Below are positions 29,135 to 39,341 of a DNA stretch of 64,000 nt, piece after piece (position 1 is the first letter of the stretch; every line of letters starts with the position of its first letter). Location: contig OZ220089.1 of the NCBI GenBank assembly GCA_964291625.2, forward strand, positions 3,360,001 through 3,424,000, read 5' to 3'. Made by a program: the position numbers and the translations under genes. Below the pieces are notes generated by a model, which worked only from the letters and a program-made list of their open reading frames with translations, ran no database searches and was not told the origin of the DNA. This DNA is from Candidatus Latescibacterota bacterium. GTDB taxonomy: Bacteria; Latescibacterota; UBA2968; UBA8231.

Positions 29135-29839
29135 GTGAAGGTCGTGATCCTGGCGGGCGGTCTGGGCACCCGGCTCCGGGAGGAGACCGCGGTCAGGCCG
29201 AAGCCGATGGTCGAGATCGGCGGCCTGCCGATCCTCTGCCACATCATGAAGATCTACCAGGCCCACGGCTTCCGGGAGTTCGTCCTTGCCCTCGGCTACA
29301 AGGGGGAAGTCATCCAGGACTTCTGCAGCAGAGACCGCGGTGAGGAATGGATCGTCCACCCCGTCGACACCGGTCAGGATGTCGAGTCGGGAGGACGGAT
29401 CAGACGGCTCGCCGACTGGATCGGCGGGGAGACGTTCATGCTGACCTATGGCGACGGCGTCGGCGACGTCGACATTCCCCGGCTCGCCGCCTTCCACGCA
29501 TCTCACGACAGTCTCGCCACGGTGACCGCCGTCCACCCGCCGTCGCGTTTCGGACGCCTGGAGCTCGACGGCGATCTCGTGCGCGACTTCCGCGAGAAGT
29601 CGCAGCTCGATGCCGGGTGGATCAACGGCGGGTTCTTCGTCCTCGATCCCGGCGTCCTCGACTACATCTCCGGCGACCGGACCATCTTCGAGAGGGAGCC
29701 GATGACCCGGCTCGCGCAGGACGGACAGCTGCGGGCCTACAGGCACGAGGGCTTCTGGCAGTGCATGGACACCCTGCGGGACGTGGTGAGCCTGGAGGAG
29801 CAGTGGGCCGCCGGGAACGCGCCCTGGAAGATCTGGTGA
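29135..29839 (+). CDS. rfbF: Glucose-1-phosphate cytidylyltransferase
   Basis: ILAGGLGTRLREET..PKPMVEIG, TYGDG, GFWQCMDTLRD and APWKIW motifs. Confidence 0.9.
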   Translation: MKVVILAGGLGTRLREETAVRPKPMVEIGGLPILCHIMKIYQAHGFREFVLALGYKGEVIQDFCSRDRGEEWIVHPVDTGQDVESGGRIRRLADWIGGETFMLTYGDGVGDVDIPRLAAFHASHDSLATVTAVHPPSRFGRLELDGDLVRDFREKSQLDAGWINGGFFVLDPGVLDYISGDRTIFEREPMTRLAQDGQLRAYRHEGFWQCMDTLRDVVSLEEQWAAGNAPWKIW

Positions 29840-30828
29840 CTTTCTGGCCGGGCCGCCGCGTCCTGGTCACGGGGGCCGCGGGCTTCATCGGCGGCCGGCT
29901 TGTCGAACGGTTGCTGAGGCTGGGCGCCGAGGTGACGGCACTGGACACGGCCGCCGATCCCCGGCCGCCGCTGGACGAGTCCGGCCTCTCCGATCGACTC
30001 CGGGTCGTCCGCGGCTCCGTGGAGGATCCCGGCGCCCTTGCCAGGACGATGACCGACCATGGAGCGCAGACGGTCCTCCACCTGGCCGCCCAGGCGATCG
30101 TCCCCATGGCCCGGACCGCCCCGGTGGCCACCTTCGAGACGAACATTCGGGGGACGTGGATTCTCCTGGATTCGTGCCGCCAGTGCGGTGACGCCGTCAG
30201 CGAGGTCGTCGTCGCCTCGAGCGACAAGGCCTACGGGCACAGCGACAGGCTGCCGTACACCGAGGAGATGCCCCTGGCCGGGCGGCAGCCCTACGAGGTC
30301 TCCAAGGCGTGCGCCGACCTGCTCGCGCGGTCCTATCACCATGCCTTCGGACTCCGGGTGGCCGTGGCCCGCTGCGGCAACGTGTACGGCGGCGGCGACC
30401 TCAACTGGAGCCGGCTGATTCCGGGCACGATCGCGGCCCTCGAACGGGGTGAGCGGCCGGTCGTCCGCAGCGACGGCAGCCACATCCGGGACTACATCTA
30501 CGTCGAGGACGTGGTCGGCGCCTACGTCAGACTCGCCGAGGCGCTCCACGACGGCTCCGCGGGCGGAGAGGCGTTCAACTTCAGCACCGAGTCGCAGTCC
30601 ACCGTGCTCGATGTCGTCGACAAGCTGCGGTCCCTGATGGGCCGCGAGCACCTGGAACCGGTGATTCGCGCCACGGCCGAAGGCGAGATCCCCGCCCAGC
30701 ATCTCTCCGCCGCGAAGGCGCGATCGGTGCTTGGATGGAGTCCCCGGTACGACCTGGACTCGGGGCTGCCGCCCACGGTCGAGTGGTACCGGGCCCACCT
30801 GCAGCGAGACTCCGTGAGATCCGCATGA
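29836..30828 (+). CDS. rfbG: NDP-sugar 4,6-dehydratase (CDP-glucose 4,6-dehydratase-like)
   Basis: [28 protein letters not shown] and GNVYGGGD motifs; lies between rfbF and rfbH. Confidence 0.75.
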   Translation: MTFWPGRRVLVTGAAGFIGGRLVERLLRLGAEVTALDTAADPRPPLDESGLSDRLRVVRGSVEDPGALARTMTDHGAQTVLHLAAQAIVPMARTAPVATFETNIRGTWILLDSCRQCGDAVSEVVVASSDKAYGHSDRLPYTEEMPLAGRQPYEVSKACADLLARSYHHAFGLRVAVARCGNVYGGGDLNWSRLIPGTIAALERGERPVVRSDGSHIRDYIYVEDVVGAYVRLAEALHDGSAGGEAFNFSTESQSTVLDVVDKLRSLMGREHLEPVIRATAEGEIPAQHLSAAKARSVLGWSPRYDLDSGLPPTVEWYRAHLQRDSVRSA

Positions 30829-32141
30829 CCCGCGATCCCGACGACCTTCGCCGGCAGATCCTGGACCTCGTGCGGCAGTATCACGGGACCGCCTTTCCGT
30901 CGCGGCCCTTCGCGCCCGACTCGGGGTCCGTCCCGGTCTCCGGGCGCGTCTTCGACGCCGAGGAGCTCGTCAGCCTCACCGACGCGGCCCTCGACTTCTG
31001 GCTCACCTCGGGCCGCTACGCGGAGCAGTTCGAGCGGGAGTTCTCCCGCTTCTGGGGACTGCGGCACGCCAGCCTCTGCAACTCGGGGTCCTCGGCCAAC
31101 CTGCTGGCCCTCTCCTCCCTCACCTCCCCGAAGCTCGGCGGCCGGCGGCTGCGGACCGGCGACGAGGTGCTGACCGTCGCCGCGGGCTTCCCGACGACGG
31201 TGAACCCCATCTTCCAGACAGGTCTCGTCCCCGTCTTCGTCGACATCGACCTGGGGACCTACAACGTATCCGTGGAGCGGCTGGCCGAGGCCGTCGGCCC
31301 GAGGACCCGCGCCATCTTCCTCGCCCATACCCTCGGCAACCCCTTCGATCTCGACGCCGTCTGCGAGCTGGCCGCCCGGCACGACCTCGTCCTCATCGAG
31401 GACTGCTGCGATGCCGTGGGCTCCCGCTTCGGCGGCCGGCACGTGGGCACCTTCGGCAAGCTCGCAACCGTGAGCTTCTACCCCGCCCACCACCTGACCA
31501 TGGGCGAAGGCGGCTGCGTGCTCACCGCCTCCTCCGAGCTGCACCGGATCGTCGAGTCGTACCGCGACTGGGGCCGCGACTGCTGGTGCGACCCCGGCAT
31601 GCAGAACACCTGCGGCCGCCGCTTCGACTGGCAGCTCGGCGACCTGCCGGCGGGCTACGATCACAAGTACATCTACTCCCACGTGGGCTACAACCTCAAG
31701 CTCACGGACATGCAGGCCGCCGTGGGCGTGGCCCAGCTGCGGAAGCTGCCGGAGTTCATCGAGAGACGGAGGCAGACCTTCCAGCGGCTCCATGCAGAGC
31801 TGCAATCCCTGGAGGAGATCTTCATCCTGCCGTCGTGGCTGGACAAGGCGGAGCCGAGCTGGTTCGGCTTTCCTCTCACCCTTCGCGAGTCGGCACCGTT
31901 TGACCGCAAGACCCTCATCGACGACCTGACGGAGAGGGGCATCGGCACCCGGGCCCTCTTCGGCGGCAATCTGACGCGGCAGCCGGCCTACATGGGACTG
32001 CAGTACCGCGTCTCCGGCGACCTGGCCGACTCCGACGCGGCCATGGAGCGGTCCTTCTGGGTGGGGGTCTATCCCGGGATCGATGAAGCGATGGCGGCCC
32101 ACATGGTCGAGAGCCTGAAGCACTTCTGCTCGCGATTCTGA
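30825..32141 (+). CDS. rfbH: CDP-4-keto-6-deoxyglucose 3-dehydrase (E1)
   Basis: [14 protein letters not shown] (His in place of the PLP Lys), RDWGRDCWC...NTC and GYDHKY motifs. Confidence 0.9.
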   Translation: MTRDPDDLRRQILDLVRQYHGTAFPSRPFAPDSGSVPVSGRVFDAEELVSLTDAALDFWLTSGRYAEQFEREFSRFWGLRHASLCNSGSSANLLALSSLTSPKLGGRRLRTGDEVLTVAAGFPTTVNPIFQTGLVPVFVDIDLGTYNVSVERLAEAVGPRTRAIFLAHTLGNPFDLDAVCELAARHDLVLIEDCCDAVGSRFGGRHVGTFGKLATVSFYPAHHLTMGEGGCVLTASSELHRIVESYRDWGRDCWCDPGMQNTCGRRFDWQLGDLPAGYDHKYIYSHVGYNLKLTDMQAAVGVAQLRKLPEFIERRRQTFQRLHAELQSLEEIFILPSWLDKAEPSWFGFPLTLRESAPFDRKTLIDDLTERGIGTRALFGGNLTRQPAYMGLQYRVSGDLADSDAAMERSFWVGVYPGIDEAMAAHMVESLKHFCSRF

Positions 32142-32184
32142 AATCGCTCCGAAGACCCGCCGCGATTCGTGGGCCAAGGCCCTC

Positions 32185-32889
32185 GTGGAGGCTCCCTTGC
32201 AGCCCGTAGAGCTGTCTGTCGTCATGGCGGCCTACAACGAGATCGAGACGATCGCCGCCGCCATCGACAGGGTGCTGGCCGTCGACGTCTCCAAGGAGCT
32301 GATCGTGGTGGACAACTGCTCCGAGGACGGCACGCGGGAGTTCCTCGAGTCCTTCGAAGCGGACGGCGTTCAGGTCATCCTGCAGCGGGAGAATCTCGGC
32401 AAGGGGAACTCGATCCGCACCGCCCTGCCGAGATGCCGTGGAACCTGCACCGTCATTCAGGACGCGGACCTGGAGTACGATCCCGCCAGCTTCCCCGCCC
32501 TGCTGGCGGCGATCGAGGCCAATGGCTGGGACGCGGTCTACGGGTCCAGGGTCCTGGGCGGACATCCAGCCATATACCAGCACTACTACTGGGGCGTCCG
32601 CTTTCTCACCTGGCTCACCAACGCCGCCTTCGGCTGCCGGCTGACCGACGTGGCCACGGCCTGCAAGATGGTCCGCACCGAGGTCTTCCAGAGTCTCGAT
32701 CTGAAGGGGAACGGGTTCGAACTGGATTTCGAGCTCACCAACAAGCTGGCGAAACTGGGCTATCGGATCGGTGAGATCCCCATCGCCTACAGCCCTCGGT
32801 CCTTCGAGGAAGGGAAGAAGATCCGGGCCGGGGACGGCCTCCGGGCCATGGGGGCCATCGTTCGGGACAGGCTGTCGAATGGCCGTTAG
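32185..32889 (+). CDS. GT2 glycosyltransferase (polyprenol-phosphate/DPM1-like)
   Basis: VVDNCSEDGT, QDADLEYDP and EGKKI motifs. Confidence 0.9.
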   Translation: MEAPLQPVELSVVMAAYNEIETIAAAIDRVLAVDVSKELIVVDNCSEDGTREFLESFEADGVQVILQRENLGKGNSIRTALPRCRGTCTVIQDADLEYDPASFPALLAAIEANGWDAVYGSRVLGGHPAIYQHYYWGVRFLTWLTNAAFGCRLTDVATACKMVRTEVFQSLDLKGNGFELDFELTNKLAKLGYRIGEIPIAYSPRSFEEGKKIRAGDGLRAMGAIVRDRLSNGR

Positions 32890-32896
32890 AGAGACC

Positions 32897-34768
32897 ATGA
32901 TCCGGTGGGAGATGCGGTCTCTCATCGCCGCGGGCGCGATCGGGCTCTTCTACCTGCTGCTCACCTGTCTGCAGCCGGTCAGGACGGGATGACGTCTTCT
33001 GGCACCTGAAGCTGGGGGAGATCCTGTGGGCAGGGAAGGAGTTCCCGGCACAAGACCCCTTCCTGTTCACCAGTCCGGAGGACACCTACCCCTTCTACCA
33101 CGAGTGGCTCTTCCAGGTAGTCACCCACCTGGTGCATTCCCAGTGGGGCCTGGGCGCTGTGAGAGTGCTGACCGCTCTCCTGGCCCTCCTGGCCTGCGGG
33201 GCGGTCTGGTACTGGGCCCGCGGCATGGACGTGACCGCTCATTTCTCCTGGCTGGCCTCGGCCGTCCTGGTGCTCTTCGCCTATCAGCGGCTGATCCAGC
33301 TGCGGCCCCACGTGGTGACCGTGATCTTCTTCTTCCTGCTGCTGGGCTACCTGTGGCGGCGGAGGGACCGGGTGGGTTGGGGCACCCATCTGCTCTGTGC
33401 CGCGGCGATGATCCTGTGGGCCAATCTCCATTCGGTGGCCCTGATCATCTTCCCTTTCTGGTTGGTCTTCCTGGTCCTCCTGAGATTCCCCCGTCAGTCG
33501 GCCGGCGCCGATGTGTGGGGCCACTGGACGAACCTGGCCCTCAGCTTCGTGGCGGTCATCGTGAACCCCATGGGCTGGAAGCTCTACGTCTTCTACTGGT
33601 TGAGCCAGTCCCACGACCCGGATATCGAGGTCTACGACTATACGAAGGTCCTCGATGAGTGGGGCCACTGGAACCCCTTCGGCATGACGAACTTCCTGCC
33701 CCTCTCCTCGCCGGTCCTCGTGGGGGGATTCGTCCTGCTGTTGATCGTCCTGCTCTTCCGCCTCGGACAGGGGATGAAGGGAGCCTGGCGTGAAGGGACA
33801 CATTCCCTGGACAGGGAACGGCTGGTCCTGGCTTGCTGGGGCGTGATGGCGGCCGGCCTGATGCTCTTTGCCGTGCGCTTCTTCTGGATGGCGCCCCTGG
33901 TCCTGGCGGCCATTCTCTTCTTCCCGCGGAGCAGGCAGGGCCGGGGCCGTCGGTGGCCGCACCTGGCGGGAAGCCTCCTCCTGATCCTGGCGGTCCTTCT
34001 CCACTTCCAGCATCCCGGAACCGCGAGCTACCGGTTCCCCTGGCGCACGGCGGAGCAGCGTTCGCGGTACCTGGGGCAGGAGATCGACGAGGTGAAGTAC
34101 CACTGGAAGGCGATCCAGTTCCTGAAAGAGCTGGGCCTGGAAGGCCGGGTGTTCAATCCGTACCACCTGGGAGGGGCCCTGAGCTTCGGCCTGAACCCCG
34201 GGTCAGGACCTTCATCGACGGCCGCATGGAGCACTACCTGGACCGGGTCAACCGCGATCATCACACGATCGAGACGGTGGGGGAGAGCTTCTCCCAACTC
34301 CTCGAAGCGTACGACGTCAACCTGGCCTTCGTTCCCATCAGCCGCTACACGGTGCGCCTGCGCCTGGCCCTGAAGGAGCTCGACTGGGTCCTGATCTACA
34401 CCAACTTCCAGACCCAGGTCTATGGCCGCTCGGACCTCTTCGATCTGCACCGGACCGCCATCCTGGGACACTACGGCCTGGAAGACGGAGGCAGCCGTCA
34501 GGCGCGCAACGATCTCCACGAGCGGCTGCTGACCTCCGCCTTGGGCATTCCCGGCTGGCCCATGGGGGCGGTGAGCACGAGAGACCCGGCGTACATGAGG
34601 TACATGGATCTCCTGCTCATGCACCTGTTCACCTCCGAGGCGCGGCACTGGTACAGGGCCGGGTCCCCGAGGCTCGCCACATCCGACCGCCGGCTGGTGG
34701 ACTTCCGCCAGGTCTTTGCCCGGCACGACCAGATCCGCAGACAGTTGAGTCAGGAGCGCCGCAGGTAG
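32897..34768 (+). pseudogene. Polytopic membrane protein (GT-C-like), interrupted by two frameshifts (~32988 and ~34199)
   Basis: Three frames join into one protein: ...RT/DDVFWHLKLGE...HEWLFQ...LRPH...WANLH...NP/RVRTFIDGR...; breaks fall in GGG and CCCC runs. Confidence 0.7.
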
Positions 34769-34793
34769 TGCGAGAATCAGAAAGGAGCCGCGT

Positions 34794-35864
34794 TTGATCA
34801 GGCGAGCATGCACAATCGGGGCGGCCGTGCTGTGGGGGATCTCGTCCTCCGAGGCCCTGGAGCGCACCGACAGGGAGTTCAAGATCTTCCAGTTCCCCGC
34901 CGACATGATCCCGCGAATCGACGGCGACACCGGCGACTGGGACATGGTTCCCGACAGCTACGCGTACGGCGTGGACGAGCTCTCCGACACGGTGAAGGGA
35001 AACTTCACCAACCACAACCGCGACGATCTGGACGTCACCGTGCGCGTCGGTTGGGTGGAGGGGCTGAACCGCCTCTACTTCCTCTACGAGGCGTACGACG
35101 ACTACTGGAACATGTACTACAAGTACGGAGACTTGTTCGAGGTCGCCGTCGACGCGGACCGCTCCGGGGGGCCGAACATCGTCAACCCCCAGATCGACAA
35201 TCCCTGGGAGAGCCACTTCCTGTTCAAGGGGGTGCACGCCCAGAACTACCACATCTTCACGCCCGCGGGAGAAGGGCGGGACTGGGCTTTCGTCTGGGGG
35301 TGCCAGCCGTGGATCGGCCGGCTGCCCTGGGCCAACCACGCCTACTCGTACGACTTCGAGGAGGGGGAGAGCGGCCACCTCGTGCTGGAGTTCTGGATCA
35401 CGCCCTTCGACTACGCCCCGTACGACGGCCCGGAGAGGGCCGCCGTCTCCCGCCTGGAGGAGAACGGCCTGATCGCCCTCTCCTGGTCGGTCCTCGACTT
35501 CGACGAGAACACCGAGGAGTACGAGGGGTTCTGGAACCTGTCCCACGAGACCAGCATGTACTGCGACGCTTCGAGCCTGTGCGCATTCCGCCTGATGCCG
35601 CTGGAACCGGAGTACCTGAAGCCGCTGGAGGCGGAGTACTCCTTCCAGGTCATCGACATGGACCGGCGGCTGATCGCCTTCACGGACCGGTCGCGGGGGG
35701 AGATCACGTCATGGTCGTGGGACTTCGGCGACAGCACCTCCTCCGCCGAACAGCACCCGATTCACCGGTACGAGGGGCCCGGCGAGTTCGTGGTCATCCT
35801 GGAAGTGGAGGGGCCCCAGGGGAAGGCCCGGCGCATCAAGGTGAACCAGGTGGTGGTGAAGTGA
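34794..35864 (+). CDS. Secreted CBM9/DOMON-like protein with C-terminal PKD domain
   Basis: PRIDGDTGDW; SWSWDFGD...HRYEGPG PKD motif. Confidence 0.8.
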   Translation: MIRRACTIGAAVLWGISSSEALERTDREFKIFQFPADMIPRIDGDTGDWDMVPDSYAYGVDELSDTVKGNFTNHNRDDLDVTVRVGWVEGLNRLYFLYEAYDDYWNMYYKYGDLFEVAVDADRSGGPNIVNPQIDNPWESHFLFKGVHAQNYHIFTPAGEGRDWAFVWGCQPWIGRLPWANHAYSYDFEEGESGHLVLEFWITPFDYAPYDGPERAAVSRLEENGLIALSWSVLDFDENTEEYEGFWNLSHETSMYCDASSLCAFRLMPLEPEYLKPLEAEYSFQVIDMDRRLIAFTDRSRGEITSWSWDFGDSTSSAEQHPIHRYEGPGEFVVILEVEGPQGKARRIKVNQVVVK

Positions 35865-35885
35865 TGCTCCGGCGATCCGGCGCGT

Positions 35886-37216
35886 TCACACGATCGAGAA
35901 GCTGTAGAGGCTGGCTCTGCTGAACCGGAAGCGGATGCGCATCGCTCCGCACGAGGGCAGAGGGTCGCGGGTCCTCCAACTCATGGGCTGACGGACACCA
36001 TCCCCCGTTGCCGGGCGGCACTCGGACAGGCCGTAGCCGGGGACCGGGGCTCCCGACGGGTCGAGGACCTCGGCCCTCAGCTCCCCCTGGCAGCATCGGC
36101 GTTGACGATCAGCCGCTGACCGGTCCCCGCCATGGGCGTGGTCTCCACGGTGCCCGGCGTCTCCCCGGCGTCGAGGGAGACGCAGCCGTCCAGCCGCCAG
36201 GCGGCGCGGGCGATGGCGATCTTCTTCAGCGGCACGTATCCCCCGTGGGTCGTGGTGATACCCGTGTAGTAGAGGCGAACCTCGTCCTCCGCCAGGATGG
36301 GCCCGTTGGCGACCCCGAGAATGCAGCCGGCGTCGTATTCGTGGGGGCCGTTCGGGATGACGGGGGACCGGTCCTCGCACCGGGACCACGACCGCCCGTC
36401 GCGGCTGTGCACCAGTTGCACGTCGATGGGACCGTCGTCCCGGCTCTGTTCCGGGCCTTTCTCGACGGGCGGACCCGTATGTCGGAAGTGGGTGAGGAAA
36501 CCGAGCCACATCCCGCGGTACGGGAAGACCGACATGTGGTAGAACTGCGAGAACAGGCCGCCCTCCGCCTGGGTCCGGGCGTCGTCGATCTCGTCCGGGG
36601 CCATGACCAGGGCGGGTTCGGACCAGCTCTGCATGTCGGGGCTGGAGGAGAGGAAGACCAGGCGGCGCCTGCGGCCCCGGTGGATGCCGTAGCGCTTGTG
36701 GAAGGCGAGGTAGTCGCCGGTGGCGGGGTCCCGGGCCAGGCTGCAGGTGTCGCCGCCGGGCAGGACGGGGTTGGAGGGGTAGAGCTGCCAGTGCAGGCCG
36801 TCCGAAGAGTGCGCGGTGCAGTAGCCGCGGCTCTCGGGTGAGCGGGAGACGCCGAGCATCTTGTAGCGGCGTTCGGGGTCGGGGTCGGCCGGATCGTGGA
36901 TGACGCTGGGGCTGTGGAGGCGGATGGGGAGGACGTTGTTCCTGCCGAGCTCCGGCCGGCGCCATGACAGACCGTCCTCCGATTCGGCGTAGAGGACCCG
37001 GTCCGGCCAGCGCATGTACCACATTCGAAGGGTGTCACCCTCTTCGGAGGGCAGGACGGTCCCGTAGATGTAGACGCGCTCGTCGTCGGCAGGCGCCTGC
37101 CACGGCTCCCGGCCCGAGATGACCGGCCGGGGCAGCTTGCGGCAGGGATGGGTGCGGCGGACGACACCCTCCTTGCGGGCGATCGCTTCGTCGTCGACGA
37201 AGAGGTGGGTCGTCAG
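35886..37216 (-). pseudogene. GH32/GH43-like five-bladed beta-propeller protein with a frameshift at ~36083
   Basis: HLFVDD, YAESEDG, SRDG and RLDG motifs; adding one G to the G5 run restores NADAARGELRAE...ASLYSF; paralogous to 42012-43469; no ATG/GTG at the expected start. Confidence 0.7.
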
Positions 37217-38328
37217 AAGGATGCGCCGGCGCCCTCGGCCGCGAGGTCGATCTCGGCGACGAAGATGTCCGCAGGTCCGGACTTGAAGTGCGAGAGCTCG
37301 TAGCCGGCCGGGGGCGCTTCCCGCCGGAGGGTGCCCCACCGCTCGATGTGGTGCAGCCGCTTTTTCTCGCCCTCGACGGCGCCGCCCAGGTAGGCGTGCT
37401 GCGAGTAGTAGCTGATGATCAGCCGGTCCGGCTCGAGCGAGAGGAGACCCGGATAGGCGGCGTCGCCGTCGCTCGGCAGGGCGAAGACCGGCGTCACGCC
37501 GTCCCGGTCCAGCAGGAAGATCCCCGTGTTGCCCGCTGGGGAGTGCTGGGGAACCCAGGGCGCCGTGGGGTCGCGGCGGCCGGCCACGTACACCTGGCCC
37601 GCGGACTCGCACAGGGCCGGGCAGTGGATCAGCGTCTCCAGGTCCACGCAGGACCACTCCTCGTAAGGGGGGCTGGAGGTGTAGAGGAGGGAGTGCTGAT
37701 TCTCCCGCCTCGTCCGGGAGACGCACCACAGCTCCCCATCGGGGCGGAAGATGACGTCCGACTCGTTGAACCGCGGGGTCGTGCGGTGGTCCAGCTCGCG
37801 CATCTCCCGCAGCTCCCGCGGACTCGCGCCTTCGGGTTCGGAGGGGATCCTGGAGACAAAGCTCCAGCTGCGGCCGTCCCTGCTGGACAGGAGGTCGCCG
37901 CCCTTCTCGGCGCAGTAGAAGACCCCTTCGTGGCAACGAATCCGCCAGAGCCAGTAGTTGCGGTCGTAGATCCTCGCCGCCGCCGACCACCGGTAGCCGT
38001 CTTCGGAGCTGAACACATGGGGCTCGGCGATCTGGCGTATCCGTCCGGCCACCGGCTCATACCAGCTGTCGGCGCAGAACACGAAGAGCTCGTCGTCGGT
38101 GGCCGCCAGCTTCGCGTCGCGGGCGTCGTTGGGCGTCTTCAGGACGGCGACCTCGTCCCAGCGCCGCAGGTCCGCCGACCGGAGCAGGACGACGACGCCG
38201 TCCGGCGCCGTGTGAGCCGAGGTGCGGTCGTAGACCAGCCAGAACGTGTCCCGCCAGAAGCAGAGGTCCGAACACATGTTGTGCCAGCCGTCCCGGACGA
38301 CGGTGCGGTGGGACAGGACCTGCGGCAT
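37213..38328 (-). CDS. Sialidase-like/BNR-repeat protein
   Basis: Asp-box motifs SxDGxxW (SEDGYRW, SRDGRSW); GDAAYPG...ISYYSQH. Confidence 0.7.
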   Translation of the reverse strand: MPQVLSHRTVVRDGWHNMCSDLCFWRDTFWLVYDRTSAHTAPDGVVVLLRSADLRRWDEVAVLKTPNDARDAKLAATDDELFVFCADSWYEPVAGRIRQIAEPHVFSSEDGYRWSAAARIYDRNYWLWRIRCHEGVFYCAEKGGDLLSSRDGRSWSFVSRIPSEPEGASPRELREMRELDHRTTPRFNESDVIFRPDGELWCVSRTRRENQHSLLYTSSPPYEEWSCVDLETLIHCPALCESAGQVYVAGRRDPTAPWVPQHSPAGNTGIFLLDRDGVTPVFALPSDGDAAYPGLLSLEPDRLIISYYSQHAYLGGAVEGEKKRLHHIERWGTLRREAPPAGYELSHFKSGPADIFVAEIDLAAEGAGASF

Positions 38329-38362
38329 GAGAGCAAGACCTCCGGTTGTCGTGGCGGGGACG

Positions 38363-38399
38363 AAAAAAAGGGGGCGAGAATCGGATGATCTCGCCCCCC
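38363..38399 (-). terminator. Rho-independent terminator
   Basis: On the minus strand GGGGGCGAGA...TCTCGCCCCC followed by T7, just after the gene ending at 38439. Confidence 0.85.
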
Positions 38400-38438
38400 G
38401 GGTATCAGCCGTCTTGCGGCGACGGCAGCGCCGTCACC

Positions 38439-39341
38439 TCAGTTGGCGAAGGTATCCTTGATCCGGCCCCAGGTGTCCTGCTCGACAGCCGTCTCGGCCA
38501 CCCAGATGCTGGAATCGTAACCGAGCAAGGTGTAGTCGACGAAGGCATTGGCCAGGAAGTAGAGGTTGACGTTGCCGCTGTTGATCCAGTAGCCGTTGTA
38601 GCCGCCGTCAGCGGGGACATCGTCGTCTACGGCGGCGAAGCCGACGCCGATGATCTCACCCTCGGTCAGATCGTGCACGACCACGTCGGGATCGTCGATG
38701 CCCGAGGAGCTGGTGGGCAAGTCGTCGAAGGGCGTCACCCACATCTCCACGAAGAGGTTGACGGCGCCGCCGTCGGTGTCGCCCTCGATGTTGTACTCAA
38801 CGCCGGCGTAGGGCCTCTCGCCGGCCCAAGGTGCGGCGCCCCACAGGAACAACTCGCCCTCGATGTGGAGCTGCCAGCGGTAGTTCTGTGTCAGGGCTCC
38901 CTCCCACCGCTCCGCGTCGAGACCCGCGCCGGCGACATCGTTGAACTGCTCGTCGCCGCTGTGATCGAAGTCGATGGCGATCTCGGTGTTCTCGTAGTTG
39001 GTGTCGGTATAGCCGAAGAACAGGTCGTCGAAGCGCTCCTCCATGAAGTAGAAGAGGTTGGTCTCCGGGCTCCAGCCCAGGATGATGCGCGTGGCGAGGT
39101 TGGCGGGGTCGGGATCGCCCAGACCGTGGATCGCCTCGGTCAGATCGTCCTGCGTCGTCCAGAAGACGGAGGGCACGTTGTCCCACTCTCCCAGGTCGCC
39201 GTCCATCACGACGGGACGGACGCCATCGGCGCTGATGGGGACCTGCACGGCGGCGAAGTTGTCGTCCGGCCGTTGGTGGGCGGAAGTGGCGACGGCCGCA
39301 GCGAGGACGATCGCCAGTGCGGATGTGAAAGCTCCCTTCAT
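38439..39341 (-). CDS. Secreted acidic CBM9/DOMON-like protein with C-terminal TAVEQDTWGRIK motif
   Basis: SD AAGGAG; signal peptide; MDGDLGEW...WVTPFD shared with the 34794 gene. Confidence 0.75.
   Translation of the reverse strand: MKGAFTSALAIVLAAAVATSAHQRPDDNFAAVQVPISADGVRPVVMDGDLGEWDNVPSVFWTTQDDLTEAIHGLGDPDPANLATRIILGWSPETNLFYFMEERFDDLFFGYTDTNYENTEIAIDFDHSGDEQFNDVAGAGLDAERWEGALTQNYRWQLHIEGELFLWGAAPWAGERPYAGVEYNIEGDTDGGAVNLFVEMWVTPFDDLPTSSSGIDDPDVVVHDLTEGEIIGVGFAAVDDDVPADGGYNGYWINSGNVNLYFLANAFVDYTLLGYDSSIWVAETAVEQDTWGRIKDTFAN

Noticed and set aside
32985-32995. TGA early in the membrane-protein gene as possible Sec
   Set aside because: The conserved DVFWHL continuation is in another frame, so this is a frameshift, not read-through
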